A stretch of 64,000 nt of DNA from IMG/VR virus record IMGVR_UViG_3300033066_001156; one strand, given 5' to 3'. This DNA comes from a virus. The first letter of the stretch is position 1. The number at the start of each line of letters is the position of its first letter. The position numbers and the translations under genes were made by a program. The notes below the pieces were generated by a model, which worked only from the letters and a program-made list of their open reading frames with translations, was not told the origin of the DNA and did not search any database. Below are positions 1 through 9,374 of this stretch, in pieces.

Positions 1-2955
1 GGTACTCCTGGCAACCAACCCCTTCCCTGGGCTAACGCCACCCCACCTCTTTGGGATGATGGAACGAGACTCGTTCCCATAGCATCCAAAGCTGTGGTCA
101 CGGCTGATGTGATGTGGTACCCAAATCGTGGGTCCTCGCAACGAGTGCCTAACAACATCTACCAGTTCGCTTGCCTTTCCAGTGACGCTACGCTGATTCG
201 CACTGTAGTAAGTGCTGTTGACCCGAATTTCGTTACTGAGGCAGGTTTCCCCTCGGGTGAGAGACACTATGACGCAACACAGGTGCAGTTGTGGAACCGT
301 CTTCCATCCAAGGGCCTCTATCCTGTTGGTGCAGTAGCGAATCCTATTCCGGGTCAGTGGGGTGGGAACCTAGTAGGGTCTTCAGAACAGGACCGTGAAA
401 CTGAGTTGTTTGTTGATTCCGGATCTAAGACAGCTTTTTTCCGGCCTTTCACGCTTCGAAACATGACACTAAAAGGAATCACAATCACTGGAGCCGACTC
501 CATGTGGGGTGATGCCGTATATACTTCGGGTATTCCAGTTGGTGCCCCAATTGACGGTGCCGGGATTTTCACGACTGGTAGACAGATGGGCTATCAGATT
601 CCATTTGAATATCTCCCTCGATTTGGCCGCCAGGATATCCCGTACCACGTCAGCACCGGGAGTGGTGATCCTATCCTTCCCGGTATCAATCATTTGTTTG
701 GCGACCAATTGCCAGCTAACAACACTTCCAGTGTGTTCTGGGCCATAGGTGGGGAGAACAATTCGACTTCAGGAAGTCTCGTTTCCCCAATGTTATTTGC
801 AACCGAGGGTTCCACAATTGGGTATTGCCTTCGTGGAACCTTAGGTGGAGCTCTACACCCGGCTTATGGGGCTCGGAGGGTTACCCTTACCGACGTTGTT
901 TCCAGTGATCTGGGTCCAGGTATGAATGGCATTGAGTTGCCACCATATCACGGTATCGCTCGTCTTTATGGGGTTTATGAGCTCAATGACTTCATGTCTC
1001 ATTTGAGTTCAACTTATCCCGGTGGGTTCCAGGGGGACCGGGTGACTACAATTGTAGACCCACCTAGGAATCTGCTTAAGGTAGGGGCGGATAAGCAGAC
1101 CCTATTCATCCGTCAAGGGGGTGGAGAAGATGTGACTGGTTCCGATCAGTCTCACACTTACATTGTTCCTGAATCCGCTTTGGATATCACGAATATCCCC
1201 GGATATACCGTTGGTCAAGAGTTTAATGACTTTAACTATGTTGTCGAATGTGTTGTTTTCGGATTCGCTCGTGGGTTCATCAGCGAGAACAATTTTGTCG
1301 TGGCTAGGAGAAAAACGGGTGGGGGGACGGCTGTTGTGGATGGGTCTAACCCTGAGTTAACTCAGGTTGCGATGATACTCCCGTCAGCGGCGGCTAAGGG
1401 GTCCGGTCTTTATCAGCTTCATGACAGAACTGTTTACCAGGGGGACCCATACATGACTCGTGATGGGTCCACCCTTCAAATGGCTGATTACTCAGGTAGA
1501 TATGGGCAAATTGCTCAATCTTCGGCATTTCAGTTGGGAACACCAATCCAGCAGTTCAATCCTTCCACGGGTGCTATGACCGTCACGCGCCCCAATCCCC
1601 GGGCCTTCCAGGTTCTAGCAACGATGGACTTCTATACAACCCTGGGAACTGGGAAGATAGGAGGTCAGATGTGGCCCGGTACGGCTTTAGATTGTGGGTA
1701 CACGGATCCGGGTGCTAGTACGCGGATTCCATCTACCGCACTCTCGCCCCCATGGTCTGTTCTACCAAGAACATTCACTGCAGGCCAGAATAGTAGTTCT
1801 TCTTATGCTTCGATCGAACTGGCGATCCGAAACTACTCGGCTGCCATTACATATCACCTCACCGTGACAATTGAGGTACCTGGAGAACTTCCTGTGACTT
1901 TCACCGCTCCGGGAACCTTCACAGGTATCTCCAATGTCACGATGGCTGAGAACTTAGCCGCTGCGATCAACCTTTTGCCTTCCGTCTCTGCCACCACTAC
2001 AAACGGGGTGATCCTGATTCGTAGTCGAGCTCCAGGATCTATTGGAAATAATATCCGTGTTCTTACGGGTCTTCGACCCGGTATTAGTCCTCCGGCTCCC
2101 GGAGCTTATGCCGGGTCTATTACGGAAATAGCCCAAATCCTACTTGAAGGGGAGATGGGTATCCCAGTTCCCGCTAGTAGTCCAAGAGGCGGGCCATCTA
2201 CTGGTGCTTACCTTCAGGGTGGTGTTGACGTTCCGGTTAACGCCGGGGATGGGGATAGCATGGTTTCCCTCACGGGTATGACCGAGCGACTCCCTCTTGG
2301 TATTCTCGTAAACGACTCGGACTTCCTTTCTGAGAATGTGCTTGGGGATGGTGCTACTAGTTTGCGCTCCTTCTCGGGAGGTGTTCGGGCTGTGTATCAG
2401 GATCTTCCCCTCACGGGTAGGGGCCAGGAATACACAAGATTTGTCAATGACCCCGGGTCTCTGTTGGCGGCATCTGATGGGTCCATTCTTCGATACACCC
2501 CCTACGGAGTATCTACACCCAGTGGTGCCACCTCTTTCCGCCTTTATAGGGGTGGTGGATCTGTCTTTGTTTTGTCAGGCGCTGCTCCCGGTGGGCCCGT
2601 ATCCTGGGTAAGCGACAGCTTTGCTTCTGCTCTTAGGCCGGTATTGAAAGGTGCGGCGCTAGCTTGCAAGGCAATCCTGGTTCGGAACCATCCAGAGCAA
2701 GCATTTGCAATAGCAAACGTTCGGAGTCAAGGTGATGAGATTCAGATGGTCATTCTGACCTATGCTGTTTATGGGACCCCGCGTACCACCATGGATGGGA
2801 TTAACTTTACGGGTGCAATTTCCCCTACAGGGTATGGCGAGGGTTATGCCGCAGCAGATCGTTATTTGATTCATGGACGACCCATGTATATGGGACGCGC
2901 CCGTAGGATCCCTAACCCTGCGATGGACCCCGCGCCCTATGTCACAGGTGGCTGA
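1..2955 (+). CDS. Large hypothetical protein (>950 aa), possibly a virion structural protein; 5' end probably outside the window
   Basis: Frame 1 is open from position 1 with no ATG upstream of the GTG at 94 chosen by the ORF track; continuous 2.9-kb ORF rich in G/T/S; no recognisable enzymatic motifs; followed by a small membrane protein gene. Confidence 0.5.
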   Translation, partial: GTPGNQPLPWANATPPLWDDGTRLVPIASKAVVTADVMWYPNRGSSQRVPNNIYQFACLSSDATLIRTVVSAVDPNFVTEAGFPSGERHYDATQVQLWNRLPSKGLYPVGAVANPIPGQWGGNLVGSSEQDRETELFVDSGSKTAFFRPFTLRNMTLKGITITGADSMWGDAVYTSGIPVGAPIDGAGIFTTGRQMGYQIPFEYLPRFGRQDIPYHVSTGSGDPILPGINHLFGDQLPANNTSSVFWAIGGENNSTSGSLVSPMLFATEGSTIGYCLRGTLGGALHPAYGARRVTLTDVVSSDLGPGMNGIELPPYHGIARLYGVYELNDFMSHLSSTYPGGFQGDRVTTIVDPPRNLLKVGADKQTLFIRQGGGEDVTGSDQSHTYIVPESALDITNIPGYTVGQEFNDFNYVVECVVFGFARGFISENNFVVARRKTGGGTAVVDGSNPELTQVAMILPSAAAKGSGLYQLHDRTVYQGDPYMTRDGSTLQMADYSGRYGQIAQSSAFQLGTPIQQFNPSTGAMTVTRPNPRAFQVLATMDFYTTLGTGKIGGQMWPGTALDCGYTDPGASTRIPSTALSPPWSVLPRTFTAGQNSSSSYASIELAIRNYSAAITYHLTVTIEVPGELPVTFTAPGTFTGISNVTMAENLAAAINLLPSVSATTTNGVILIRSRAPGSIGNNIRVLTGLRPGISPPAPGAYAGSITEIAQILLEGEMGIPVPASSPRGGPSTGAYLQGGVDVPVNAGDGDSMVSLTGMTERLPLGILVNDSDFLSENVLGDGATSLRSFSGGVRAVYQDLPLTGRGQEYTRFVNDPGSLLAASDGSILRYTPYGVSTPSGATSFRLYRGGGSVFVLSGAAPGGPVSWVSDSFASALRPVLKGAALACKAILVRNHPEQAFAIANVRSQGDEIQMVILTYAVYGTPRTTMDGINFTGAISPTGYGEGYAAADRYLIHGRPMYMGRARRIPNPAMDPAPYVTGG

Positions 2956-2958
2956 ACC

Positions 2959-3354
2959 ATGGACCCCGATCTAACACCAATCATCAATCAACTTCTGCAG
3001 GGCGGACTCCACCGGAACTGGGTAACCGTCACCGGGTTTATCATTCTTTTTATCGTCCATATTGCAAAAAAAGGCGGTTTGAAAGATCTGGTTGCTCCTA
3101 AATATGTCCCGGTAGTGTCCGTTTCTCTTGGTATTTTGCTGTCCATTGGTGACAGTTTTATTGCCGCTACAACGGCTCCCTGGTATGATACTCTCCTTAA
3201 GGGGTTCATTGCCGGGGCTTCCGCAACGGGTTTGTGGGAATTGGGATTCAAGCATTACTTGCGACGAACTGAACCTGATGCGGCCTCCTTGGACCCTACG
3301 AAGTCGGCACCTTCCTTGCCAACATCTTCTGACCCAACCCCTCCCAAAGTCTAA
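2959..3354 (+). CDS. Small membrane protein (about 3 predicted TM helices), holin-like or membrane anchor
   Basis: 131-aa ORF with hydrophobic segments VTVTGFIILFIVHIA, VPVVSVSLGILLSIG and IAGASATGLW and a Pro/Ser-rich tail; ATG 4 nt after the upstream stop. Confidence 0.45.
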   Translation: MDPDLTPIINQLLQGGLHRNWVTVTGFIILFIVHIAKKGGLKDLVAPKYVPVVSVSLGILLSIGDSFIAATTAPWYDTLLKGFIAGASATGLWELGFKHYLRRTEPDAASLDPTKSAPSLPTSSDPTPPKV

Positions 3355-3415
3355 TCCCTCTTCTTTCGCGTAAGTCTCTCGCGGGTTTCTGAAACACCCA
3401 CGAAAGGTATTCTCT

Positions 3416-4333
3416 ATGCGAAAATTTCTGCTCTTTTTCATTCTAGCGATGGGATGTACGACTGTTGACCCTGGGGAAGTTGGGGTTGAGGTGAGCCTTG
3501 GGACCATCACCTCGAATGTCCTCAACCCTGGGATCTATGCAAGTGTCGTTGCAACCATTCATAAATTTTCCGTCCGCACTCAAACTTACACGATGGCCGG
3601 AACAGGAGCCGAAGGAGACGCCAATGGGAGCGTCAATGTTTTGGCTAAAGATCAGTTGCCCGTTAAGTTGGACGTGACCGTGATGTTTCATCTTAACGGA
3701 CCAAGAGCCGTGGATGTTTATCGTTCGCTCGGGGTGGATTATGCAGATAGCATAATCCACCCTCTTGTTAGAACTGCAGTTCGGGATGCGGCATCGGAGT
3801 TTACGGCCGTGGATTTGGTGGATAAGCGGGCTGAACTTCAACTCCGAATGAATGTCCTAGTTCGGGAGGCTTTGGCAAGTGTTCTTCGGGGTAGGGGCCT
3901 CAACACTAATTCCATTGCGATTGACAACATTCTGATCCGAAATATCGATCTACCTCAATCAATTGATGACGCAATTGCTTCTGTCCAACGTCAGCGTCAA
4001 GCCACTGCCGCTGCGGAGCAGGCTAACTTGACCGCACGTCAAGAGGCCAACCGCGCTCTTACCGTCGCAAATGGTGAGGTTGCCCAGCGTAGGGCTCGGG
4101 CTGAGGGGGATGCCCAGATGGTTCGAATTGCGGCAGAGGCAGAGGCGAATAGGATTCGTGCGATAGCCACGGCCCAAGCCGAAGCAAATCGGGTTTTGGC
4201 TCAATCCCTAACCCCTGCCGTTCTCCGATACGAGCAAATTCAGGCGGCCCGTTCTGTATTGGGATCCAATGGGACACGAACGGTATTTGTCCCCGGTACG
4301 ATGAATCCTACCGTGATGATGCCGAACCACTAA
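3416..4333 (+). CDS. SPFH/band-7 (prohibitin/HflK-C/flotillin-like) domain lipoprotein
   Basis: N-terminal signal peptide with lipobox LAMGC; central SPFH-like region (NVLAKDQLPVKLDVTVMFHL...DLVDKRAELQLRMNVLVREAL) followed by an Ala/Arg/Glu-rich coiled-coil tail typical of band-7 proteins. Confidence 0.75.
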   Translation: MRKFLLFFILAMGCTTVDPGEVGVEVSLGTITSNVLNPGIYASVVATIHKFSVRTQTYTMAGTGAEGDANGSVNVLAKDQLPVKLDVTVMFHLNGPRAVDVYRSLGVDYADSIIHPLVRTAVRDAASEFTAVDLVDKRAELQLRMNVLVREALASVLRGRGLNTNSIAIDNILIRNIDLPQSIDDAIASVQRQRQATAAAEQANLTARQEANRALTVANGEVAQRRARAEGDAQMVRIAAEAEANRIRAIATAQAEANRVLAQSLTPAVLRYEQIQAARSVLGSNGTRTVFVPGTMNPTVMMPNH

Positions 4334-4357
4334 ACTTTCTATTCTCCCGCATCGGAT

Positions 4358-5530
4358 ATGGATATGCTACATACTGCCGGTGCTGGATTGCCCCTTCTTC
4401 AAGTTTACGACGCCATCTTTGGTACATCTAAAGCGGCCAAAGCTTTTAGATCCGTCGTCAAAAAGATCAACAAAGACGGCACTCCCAAAGAGGCTTTTGG
4501 GGATCAATTTCCTTTAGCCGCTCAGGTTGTTCGAATAATGGCCGACAGTCAGGAGTTCAAAACCTTCCTGAATCAAACCGATATCGGAACAGCAGGGATC
4601 TTCAAGCACGCCACCGACCCCTATCGATTCATGGTAAGTATTGGGCGGTACTTGCCTGATTTGAAAAAATCCATGGAAGTGGAATTAAATAGGGCCGCAC
4701 CTAAGCTGATGGCTGCTACGAAGAAGTTTCTTCTCGAATGGGCGAATACAAATGTCCGAAGAGTTCCAACACCAACTAAAGAAATGGTGTTGGACCTTGC
4801 TCCATTCCGACCTATCTCTCGAACCGTTATTTTTCGTGGGATTCAATTCGCCAATGTCGGAGAGCTTGTGGCTTTCACCCAAAAATATGGATCCGGGAAA
4901 TCTTTTCCTTTCAAATCTAACCGTTATTCCTCCTGGACCAAGTCCGTTAACATTGCCGAGAGGTTTGCTAAGTATCACGCTAACACAAGTCAATTTGGGG
5001 GCATGATGTCTTGGCTTTCCCGATCTCAAGTGAAAAAAGATTATGACGGGACAGGAGGTTATGTTGTTGGTGCCTGGGTTCAACCAAAAGATTGTCTCGT
5101 TGATCTGACACATCCGGCTTTGCCCTTTGAGGGGGGGCAGCACGGAGATGAGCAGGAGGTAATCGTTCTCCCCAACACCGAACTTGTCTGTAAGGTGTAC
5201 AAAGTGTTTGGTGATGTTCTTCGTGAAGTAGAGGAGTTTCAGAAAGACAAATACAATGGGTACGGGGGGACTCCTTCGAGTAAATCATTTTACATTTTTG
5301 GGTACAAATCGAAAATTGAAGGGGATTCCGAATCCGGAACAATAGAGTTCATCTCGGAAAACCCAGTGAAATACACCAATGCCAGGAAAGATTCCCAAAC
5401 TGGTTACTCGGGTATCTCTCATGCACTCACTCGTAACCTTTATGATTTTGAGTGGCTCAACGACAATATGATTGCGTATAAGCGCATGAAGCTCCCCTCC
5501 CGCGTCGCAACCCGGTACCTCTATCAATAA
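4358..5530 (+). CDS. Hypothetical protein; candidate R-S-E class mono-ADP-ribosyltransferase
   Basis: 390-aa ORF; ordered motifs VIFRG (Arg), YSSWTKS (S-x-S/T) and HGDEQEVIVLP (Q/E-x-E followed by hydrophobics), reminiscent of C3/Alt-type ARTs; assignment tentative. Confidence 0.55.
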   Translation: MDMLHTAGAGLPLLQVYDAIFGTSKAAKAFRSVVKKINKDGTPKEAFGDQFPLAAQVVRIMADSQEFKTFLNQTDIGTAGIFKHATDPYRFMVSIGRYLPDLKKSMEVELNRAAPKLMAATKKFLLEWANTNVRRVPTPTKEMVLDLAPFRPISRTVIFRGIQFANVGELVAFTQKYGSGKSFPFKSNRYSSWTKSVNIAERFAKYHANTSQFGGMMSWLSRSQVKKDYDGTGGYVVGAWVQPKDCLVDLTHPALPFEGGQHGDEQEVIVLPNTELVCKVYKVFGDVLREVEEFQKDKYNGYGGTPSSKSFYIFGYKSKIEGDSESGTIEFISENPVKYTNARKDSQTGYSGISHALTRNLYDFEWLNDNMIAYKRMKLPSRVATRYLYQ

Positions 5531-5546
5531 GGGGTAACCTCTTTCT

Positions 5547-8500
5547 ATGGAAGAGGATAAGAGCCCCAAATCTGGACCTTACGCTGATATTGATACGGAT
5601 GATACCCCTTCGGGTCCCCCCACCCCACCAGTTTATGAGAAGCTGAAAACTCTTAGGGCCAGAAAAGACCTTGAGATTAGACCAACTCAACATCTGAAGG
5701 ACACTTTCACCGGCTATGATGGTAAAGAGCACCCCCTTAGACTCAGGTACTACCAGATTCAGGGGATGATGCATCTCTTAGCAATGGGGAGGTTTCTTTT
5801 AGGTGATGACGTTGGCTTGGGTAAGTGTCGGACTCTTGATACTAGAGTCTTGACAAACCGTGGGATGTTGACACTGGGGTCTTTCAGTCCTGAGACTACA
5901 GAGCCTGACACTTTCTACCCACTATCCCAACCAACTATGGTGTGGACTGGTTGGGAGTGGGCACCTGTCAGGCAATTCTACGCAGGGGGGATAAAACCAA
6001 CACGAAAGATAACCACTCGCCGAGGGTACCAAGTAGAGGGGACTCTAGTTCACCCCCTATGGGTACGGGATTCGGGCGAACAGGAGAAATTTGTTCCTAT
6101 GGGGAACATCTCTGAAGGCAACTACCTATGTCTCTATCGTGGATCCGTGGAATTTCCACCCGTTGAGCCAAACCTCCCCGTTCCAAATCACGAAAAGTTT
6201 GCCTCTAATGCTAGGGTGTATTCAGTTCCTGGGATTCTGAATTCGAACCTCGCTGCATTACTTGGTTACATCATCTCTGAAGCTTGGACCAACTCCTCGA
6301 ACCGTGTGTACATCACTCAGGACCGCGTTCGGAATGAGGAAGTGCACGATCACATTCGATATTTGTGCGAGTCAGAGTTTGGCTGGGTTGGGAATGTGGA
6401 CAGTCAAAACAGGGATTTTTCCATTCACATCACCAGCGTATACATCCGATCTTACCTTGACGGACTTGGTGTTAGTTTGGGTCTGTCTGCAACAAAATCA
6501 GTTCCGTGGCCTATCTTCCAAGCTACTAGGGAATCCGTGGCAGCTTTCCTTCGGTCATATTTTGATAGTGAGGGTTCGGTGTGTGGGGGCGTTGTAGAAG
6601 TTTCGAGTGCGTCGGAGAAACTTCTACAAGAGATTCAGAACCTGCTTCTTAGGTTCGGCATCGTTTGTACCAGAAAGCCTAAGAAAATCAAAGGTAGGGA
6701 TCCCATCTACTGGCGATTGTCTATTTGCGGGGATGATGCGAGGAGATTTGGGTCCCAGATTGGATTTACAACACATCGCAAAGCCGAGGCTCTTAGATCC
6801 TTGCTGGAGAAAAAGTCTAACCCTAACCTTGATACCATTCCTCATGCACGTCAACTGGTGCGGGATCTTCGCACCGAGATTGTGAAATCAACCAGACGTG
6901 TTGGTTGCAATGAGAATCGAAAGGGAAGTGGTCTCAAGCAGTTTGGTGTCCCCTTGGAGAAGGGCCTCAACTGTATCGAGACAAGGGGGTATAATTTGAC
7001 TTATGGGTTCCTCCAGAGGATTTTGGCCGTTGCCAAACAGGTGGGTGTAGACAACACGGATGCCTATCATTCTCTCGAAGGGTTGATGTCCAATGGTTTT
7101 TTCTATGATCCTATCGTCTCAATCGAAGAGGGAGAGGCGGAAGTAGCAGACCTTGAGGTGGGCCATCCCCGGCACTCGTTCGTGGCGGATGGGACTATCA
7201 ATCACAACACGATCCAATCCATCTCTGCTCTTTGCTACCTGTGGGAGAAGGATCCTAACCTCAAGGTTATCATCCTTACAACCAAAAGCTCGATTGAACA
7301 GTGGGCTGGGGAGTTTCGCCGATTCACCAAAGGTACTCAGGTGGTTGTATGCCGTGGTACTCCAAAGCAAAGAGAGAAAATCCGTGATCAGTTCATAAAC
7401 ACCAATGGACCATCGGTGATGGTTATGGGCTACGGGACCGCCAAACAGGATTTCTCCGAGATGCAAGAGTGGGAGGGTTTTATTCTCATTACCGATGAGG
7501 CCACGGCATACAAAAACTCTAAGACCCAAACCCACAAAGTTGTCAAATATCTTGGTACGAGGGCCACAAAAATGTGGGCCCTTACGGCAACACTTATCAA
7601 AAACAATCTCATGGAAGGGTGGGGGATATATTCGGCTTTAGTTCCCGGATTGTTTGGCAGTGAGACTGCTTTCATGAATGAGTATTGCGTCATTCGAATG
7701 ATGCAAGTGCCAAAGTCCAGGCGCCAGATCCCGATGATTGTTGGGTATAGGCCAAAGGATGTGGCTGCATTTCGAGAGAAGATCGATCCTTACTTTTTGG
7801 GTCGCCCGAAATTTGAAGTCGCAAGTGAACTTCCACCCCTGACAATCCGTTCCGTAAAGGTGGATCTCACACCCTATCAGGAAGAGAAATATGCCGAAGC
7901 TCTTTCTGGCCTTCTTACTGTTGGCACGGCTAAACCGGGCGAAGAAGAGGATAAGGAAGTCACAAAACTCACTGCTGTTAATTACTGTCAGCAAATTGTC
8001 AACCATCCAGAATTGATTGGTTGTGAGGGTGATAGTTCCAAACTAGATGCTCTCATAGATTTAGTGACGGATGGGGAGTTTGAGGATGAGAAACTGATTA
8101 TCTTCAGCCGATTCCGTAAAATGATCGATATCATTGGACCGGCTCTTAAAAAGGCTGGTGTGGCCAGTGTTAGGATCACTGGAGAAGAAGACCCCAAGGC
8201 CCGGAAAGCTTCTCAGGATGCTTTCCAGGATCCAAACGGTAAAATAAGAGTGGTACTGATTACAATGGCTGCGGCCGAAGCTATCAACCTTCAAGCGGCT
8301 AAGGCCATTATTTTCTATGATTCCCCTTGGTCCGCTGGCGATTTCATTCAGATCCTTGGTCGGATGATCCGCATTGGTAGTGTTCATGACCGCGTTCATG
8401 CCATCCACCTTGAAGCGAGGAAAACTATTGACGAACGGGTAAATCAGGTGCTTATGAAGAAGATGGGTCTGGTTGAGGCCGTTCTTGGGAAAAAACTGAA

Positions 8501-8594
8501 AGGTGATGATTCCAACGTCATTGTTCAGGCTGAGAACGATCTGAGCGACCTGTTTGCATCGCTTGTCAATGATGCTAAATCCCTTCAGAAATAA
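5547..8594 (+). CDS. SNF2/RAD54-family DNA-dependent ATPase/helicase, interrupted by an intein in the P-loop
   Basis: Motif I LLGDDVGLGK|C...HN|TIQSISALCY; motif II DEATAYKN; motif III LTATLIKNNLMEGW; C-terminal helicase motifs V-VI (ITMAAAEAINLQ, DSPWSAGDFIQILGRMIRIGS). Confidence 0.9.
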   Translation: MEEDKSPKSGPYADIDTDDTPSGPPTPPVYEKLKTLRARKDLEIRPTQHLKDTFTGYDGKEHPLRLRYYQIQGMMHLLAMGRFLLGDDVGLGKCRTLDTRVLTNRGMLTLGSFSPETTEPDTFYPLSQPTMVWTGWEWAPVRQFYAGGIKPTRKITTRRGYQVEGTLVHPLWVRDSGEQEKFVPMGNISEGNYLCLYRGSVEFPPVEPNLPVPNHEKFASNARVYSVPGILNSNLAALLGYIISEAWTNSSNRVYITQDRVRNEEVHDHIRYLCESEFGWVGNVDSQNRDFSIHITSVYIRSYLDGLGVSLGLSATKSVPWPIFQATRESVAAFLRSYFDSEGSVCGGVVEVSSASEKLLQEIQNLLLRFGIVCTRKPKKIKGRDPIYWRLSICGDDARRFGSQIGFTTHRKAEALRSLLEKKSNPNLDTIPHARQLVRDLRTEIVKSTRRVGCNENRKGSGLKQFGVPLEKGLNCIETRGYNLTYGFLQRILAVAKQVGVDNTDAYHSLEGLMSNGFFYDPIVSIEEGEAEVADLEVGHPRHSFVADGTINHNTIQSISALCYLWEKDPNLKVIILTTKSSIEQWAGEFRRFTKGTQVVVCRGTPKQREKIRDQFINTNGPSVMVMGYGTAKQDFSEMQEWEGFILITDEATAYKNSKTQTHKVVKYLGTRATKMWALTATLIKNNLMEGWGIYSALVPGLFGSETAFMNEYCVIRMMQVPKSRRQIPMIVGYRPKDVAAFREKIDPYFLGRPKFEVASELPPLTIRSVKVDLTPYQEEKYAEALSGLLTVGTAKPGEEEDKEVTKLTAVNYCQQIVNHPELIGCEGDSSKLDALIDLVTDGEFEDEKLIIFSRFRKMIDIIGPALKKAGVASVRITGEEDPKARKASQDAFQDPNGKIRVVLITMAAAEAINLQAAKAIIFYDSPWSAGDFIQILGRMIRIGSVHDRVHAIHLEARKTIDERVNQVLMKKMGLVEAVLGKKLKGDDSNVIVQAENDLSDLFASLVNDAKSLQK
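5826..7208 (+). mobile_element. Intein (461 aa) with a LAGLIDADG-type homing endonuclease region, inserted in Walker A (GLGK^T) of the SNF2 ATPase
   Basis: Begins with Cys immediately after GLGK, ends ...VADGTINHN followed by Thr; internal LAGLIDADG-like blocks LLGYIISEAW and FLRSYFDSEGSV; splicing the flanks restores GLGKTIQSI. Confidence 0.8.
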
Positions 8595-8603
8595 TAGGTA
8601 GCC

Positions 8604-9374
8604 GTGAACCCTAACTGCCCTAAATGTTATGGGACAGGATCTATTGAAGAGGAACGGACCCATTGCGGTATTCCCGTCACTAGGCCGTGCTCCTGTTTAA
8701 TGGCCAGAGCATTTATCCACACGCTAAACAAGGCATGGCCCGGGATGACCCTGGCTCCCAGAATAGACCACTCCCCCTTGTTTGAGTATGTTGAAAGCAA
8801 CCTATACTTAACGGCTTCCGATGAGGACTTGAGGGCCCACCTCAAACACGTTGCTTTACGGATGGGGTTACAATGGGGGTTGCAGGTTATTTCGGACTCG
8901 GATCTTATGACTGCTTGGTTGTCCCCGGTTTCCCTTTTGGGGAAAGAAATTATTGACCCGGAGGCGGCGGCTATCTCCACGGAGAAGGCAACCCTGGTTG
9001 ATCTCATCGAACCACCGACCCTTATGGTGTTGCGGTTAGGGGTCAAAGCTGCTCGTAATAGTGCTATGTCCGAGGTGTTTCTGGAGACTCTCTACCACCG
9101 GATCCACATCGGTAAACCTTTGTGGGTTGTAGATCAGCCCGCAAAAAAGTTAGACCATTCCCATATGTGCTTCTCTGAAGAGGCTCTTCGGTTAATGGGA
9201 TCCTGGGATAGACTTGAGCTGTCGGGTACCGTGTCCGAACCTGGGATAGAGGTCCCTCTGGCATCTCCCGGGTTACCTTCTTTTTCTTCTCTAAACAAGG
9301 GTGAGACTAGAATTGTAACGCTTCCGACACCCAAAGAGAAAAAGAAGAAATACTACAATAACGGTGACCGATGA
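8604..9374 (+). CDS. Hypothetical protein with N-terminal CxxC...C zinc-ribbon (possible helicase-loader/accessory replication protein)
   Basis: 256-aa ORF; N-terminal CPKCYGTGS...CGIPVTRPCSC; positioned between the SNF2 and DnaB-like genes with a 4-nt overlap to the next gene. Confidence 0.5.
   Translation: MNPNCPKCYGTGSIEEERTHCGIPVTRPCSCLMARAFIHTLNKAWPGMTLAPRIDHSPLFEYVESNLYLTASDEDLRAHLKHVALRMGLQWGLQVISDSDLMTAWLSPVSLLGKEIIDPEAAAISTEKATLVDLIEPPTLMVLRLGVKAARNSAMSEVFLETLYHRIHIGKPLWVVDQPAKKLDHSHMCFSEEALRLMGSWDRLELSGTVSEPGIEVPLASPGLPSFSSLNKGETRIVTLPTPKEKKKKYYNNGDR

Noticed and set aside
1-2955. Calling the first large ORF a major capsid protein or tail sheath
   Set aside because: No family-specific motif recognisable by eye; the size and composition are compatible with many virion proteins; left as a hypothetical structural protein.
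2971-3525. 184-aa minus-strand ORF
   Set aside because: Fully antisense to the holin-like and SPFH genes; atypical Arg/Cys-rich composition; it breaks the plus-strand gene order.
8061-8663. 200-aa minus-strand ORF inside the SNF2 gene
   Set aside because: Antisense to the conserved helicase C-terminal motifs.
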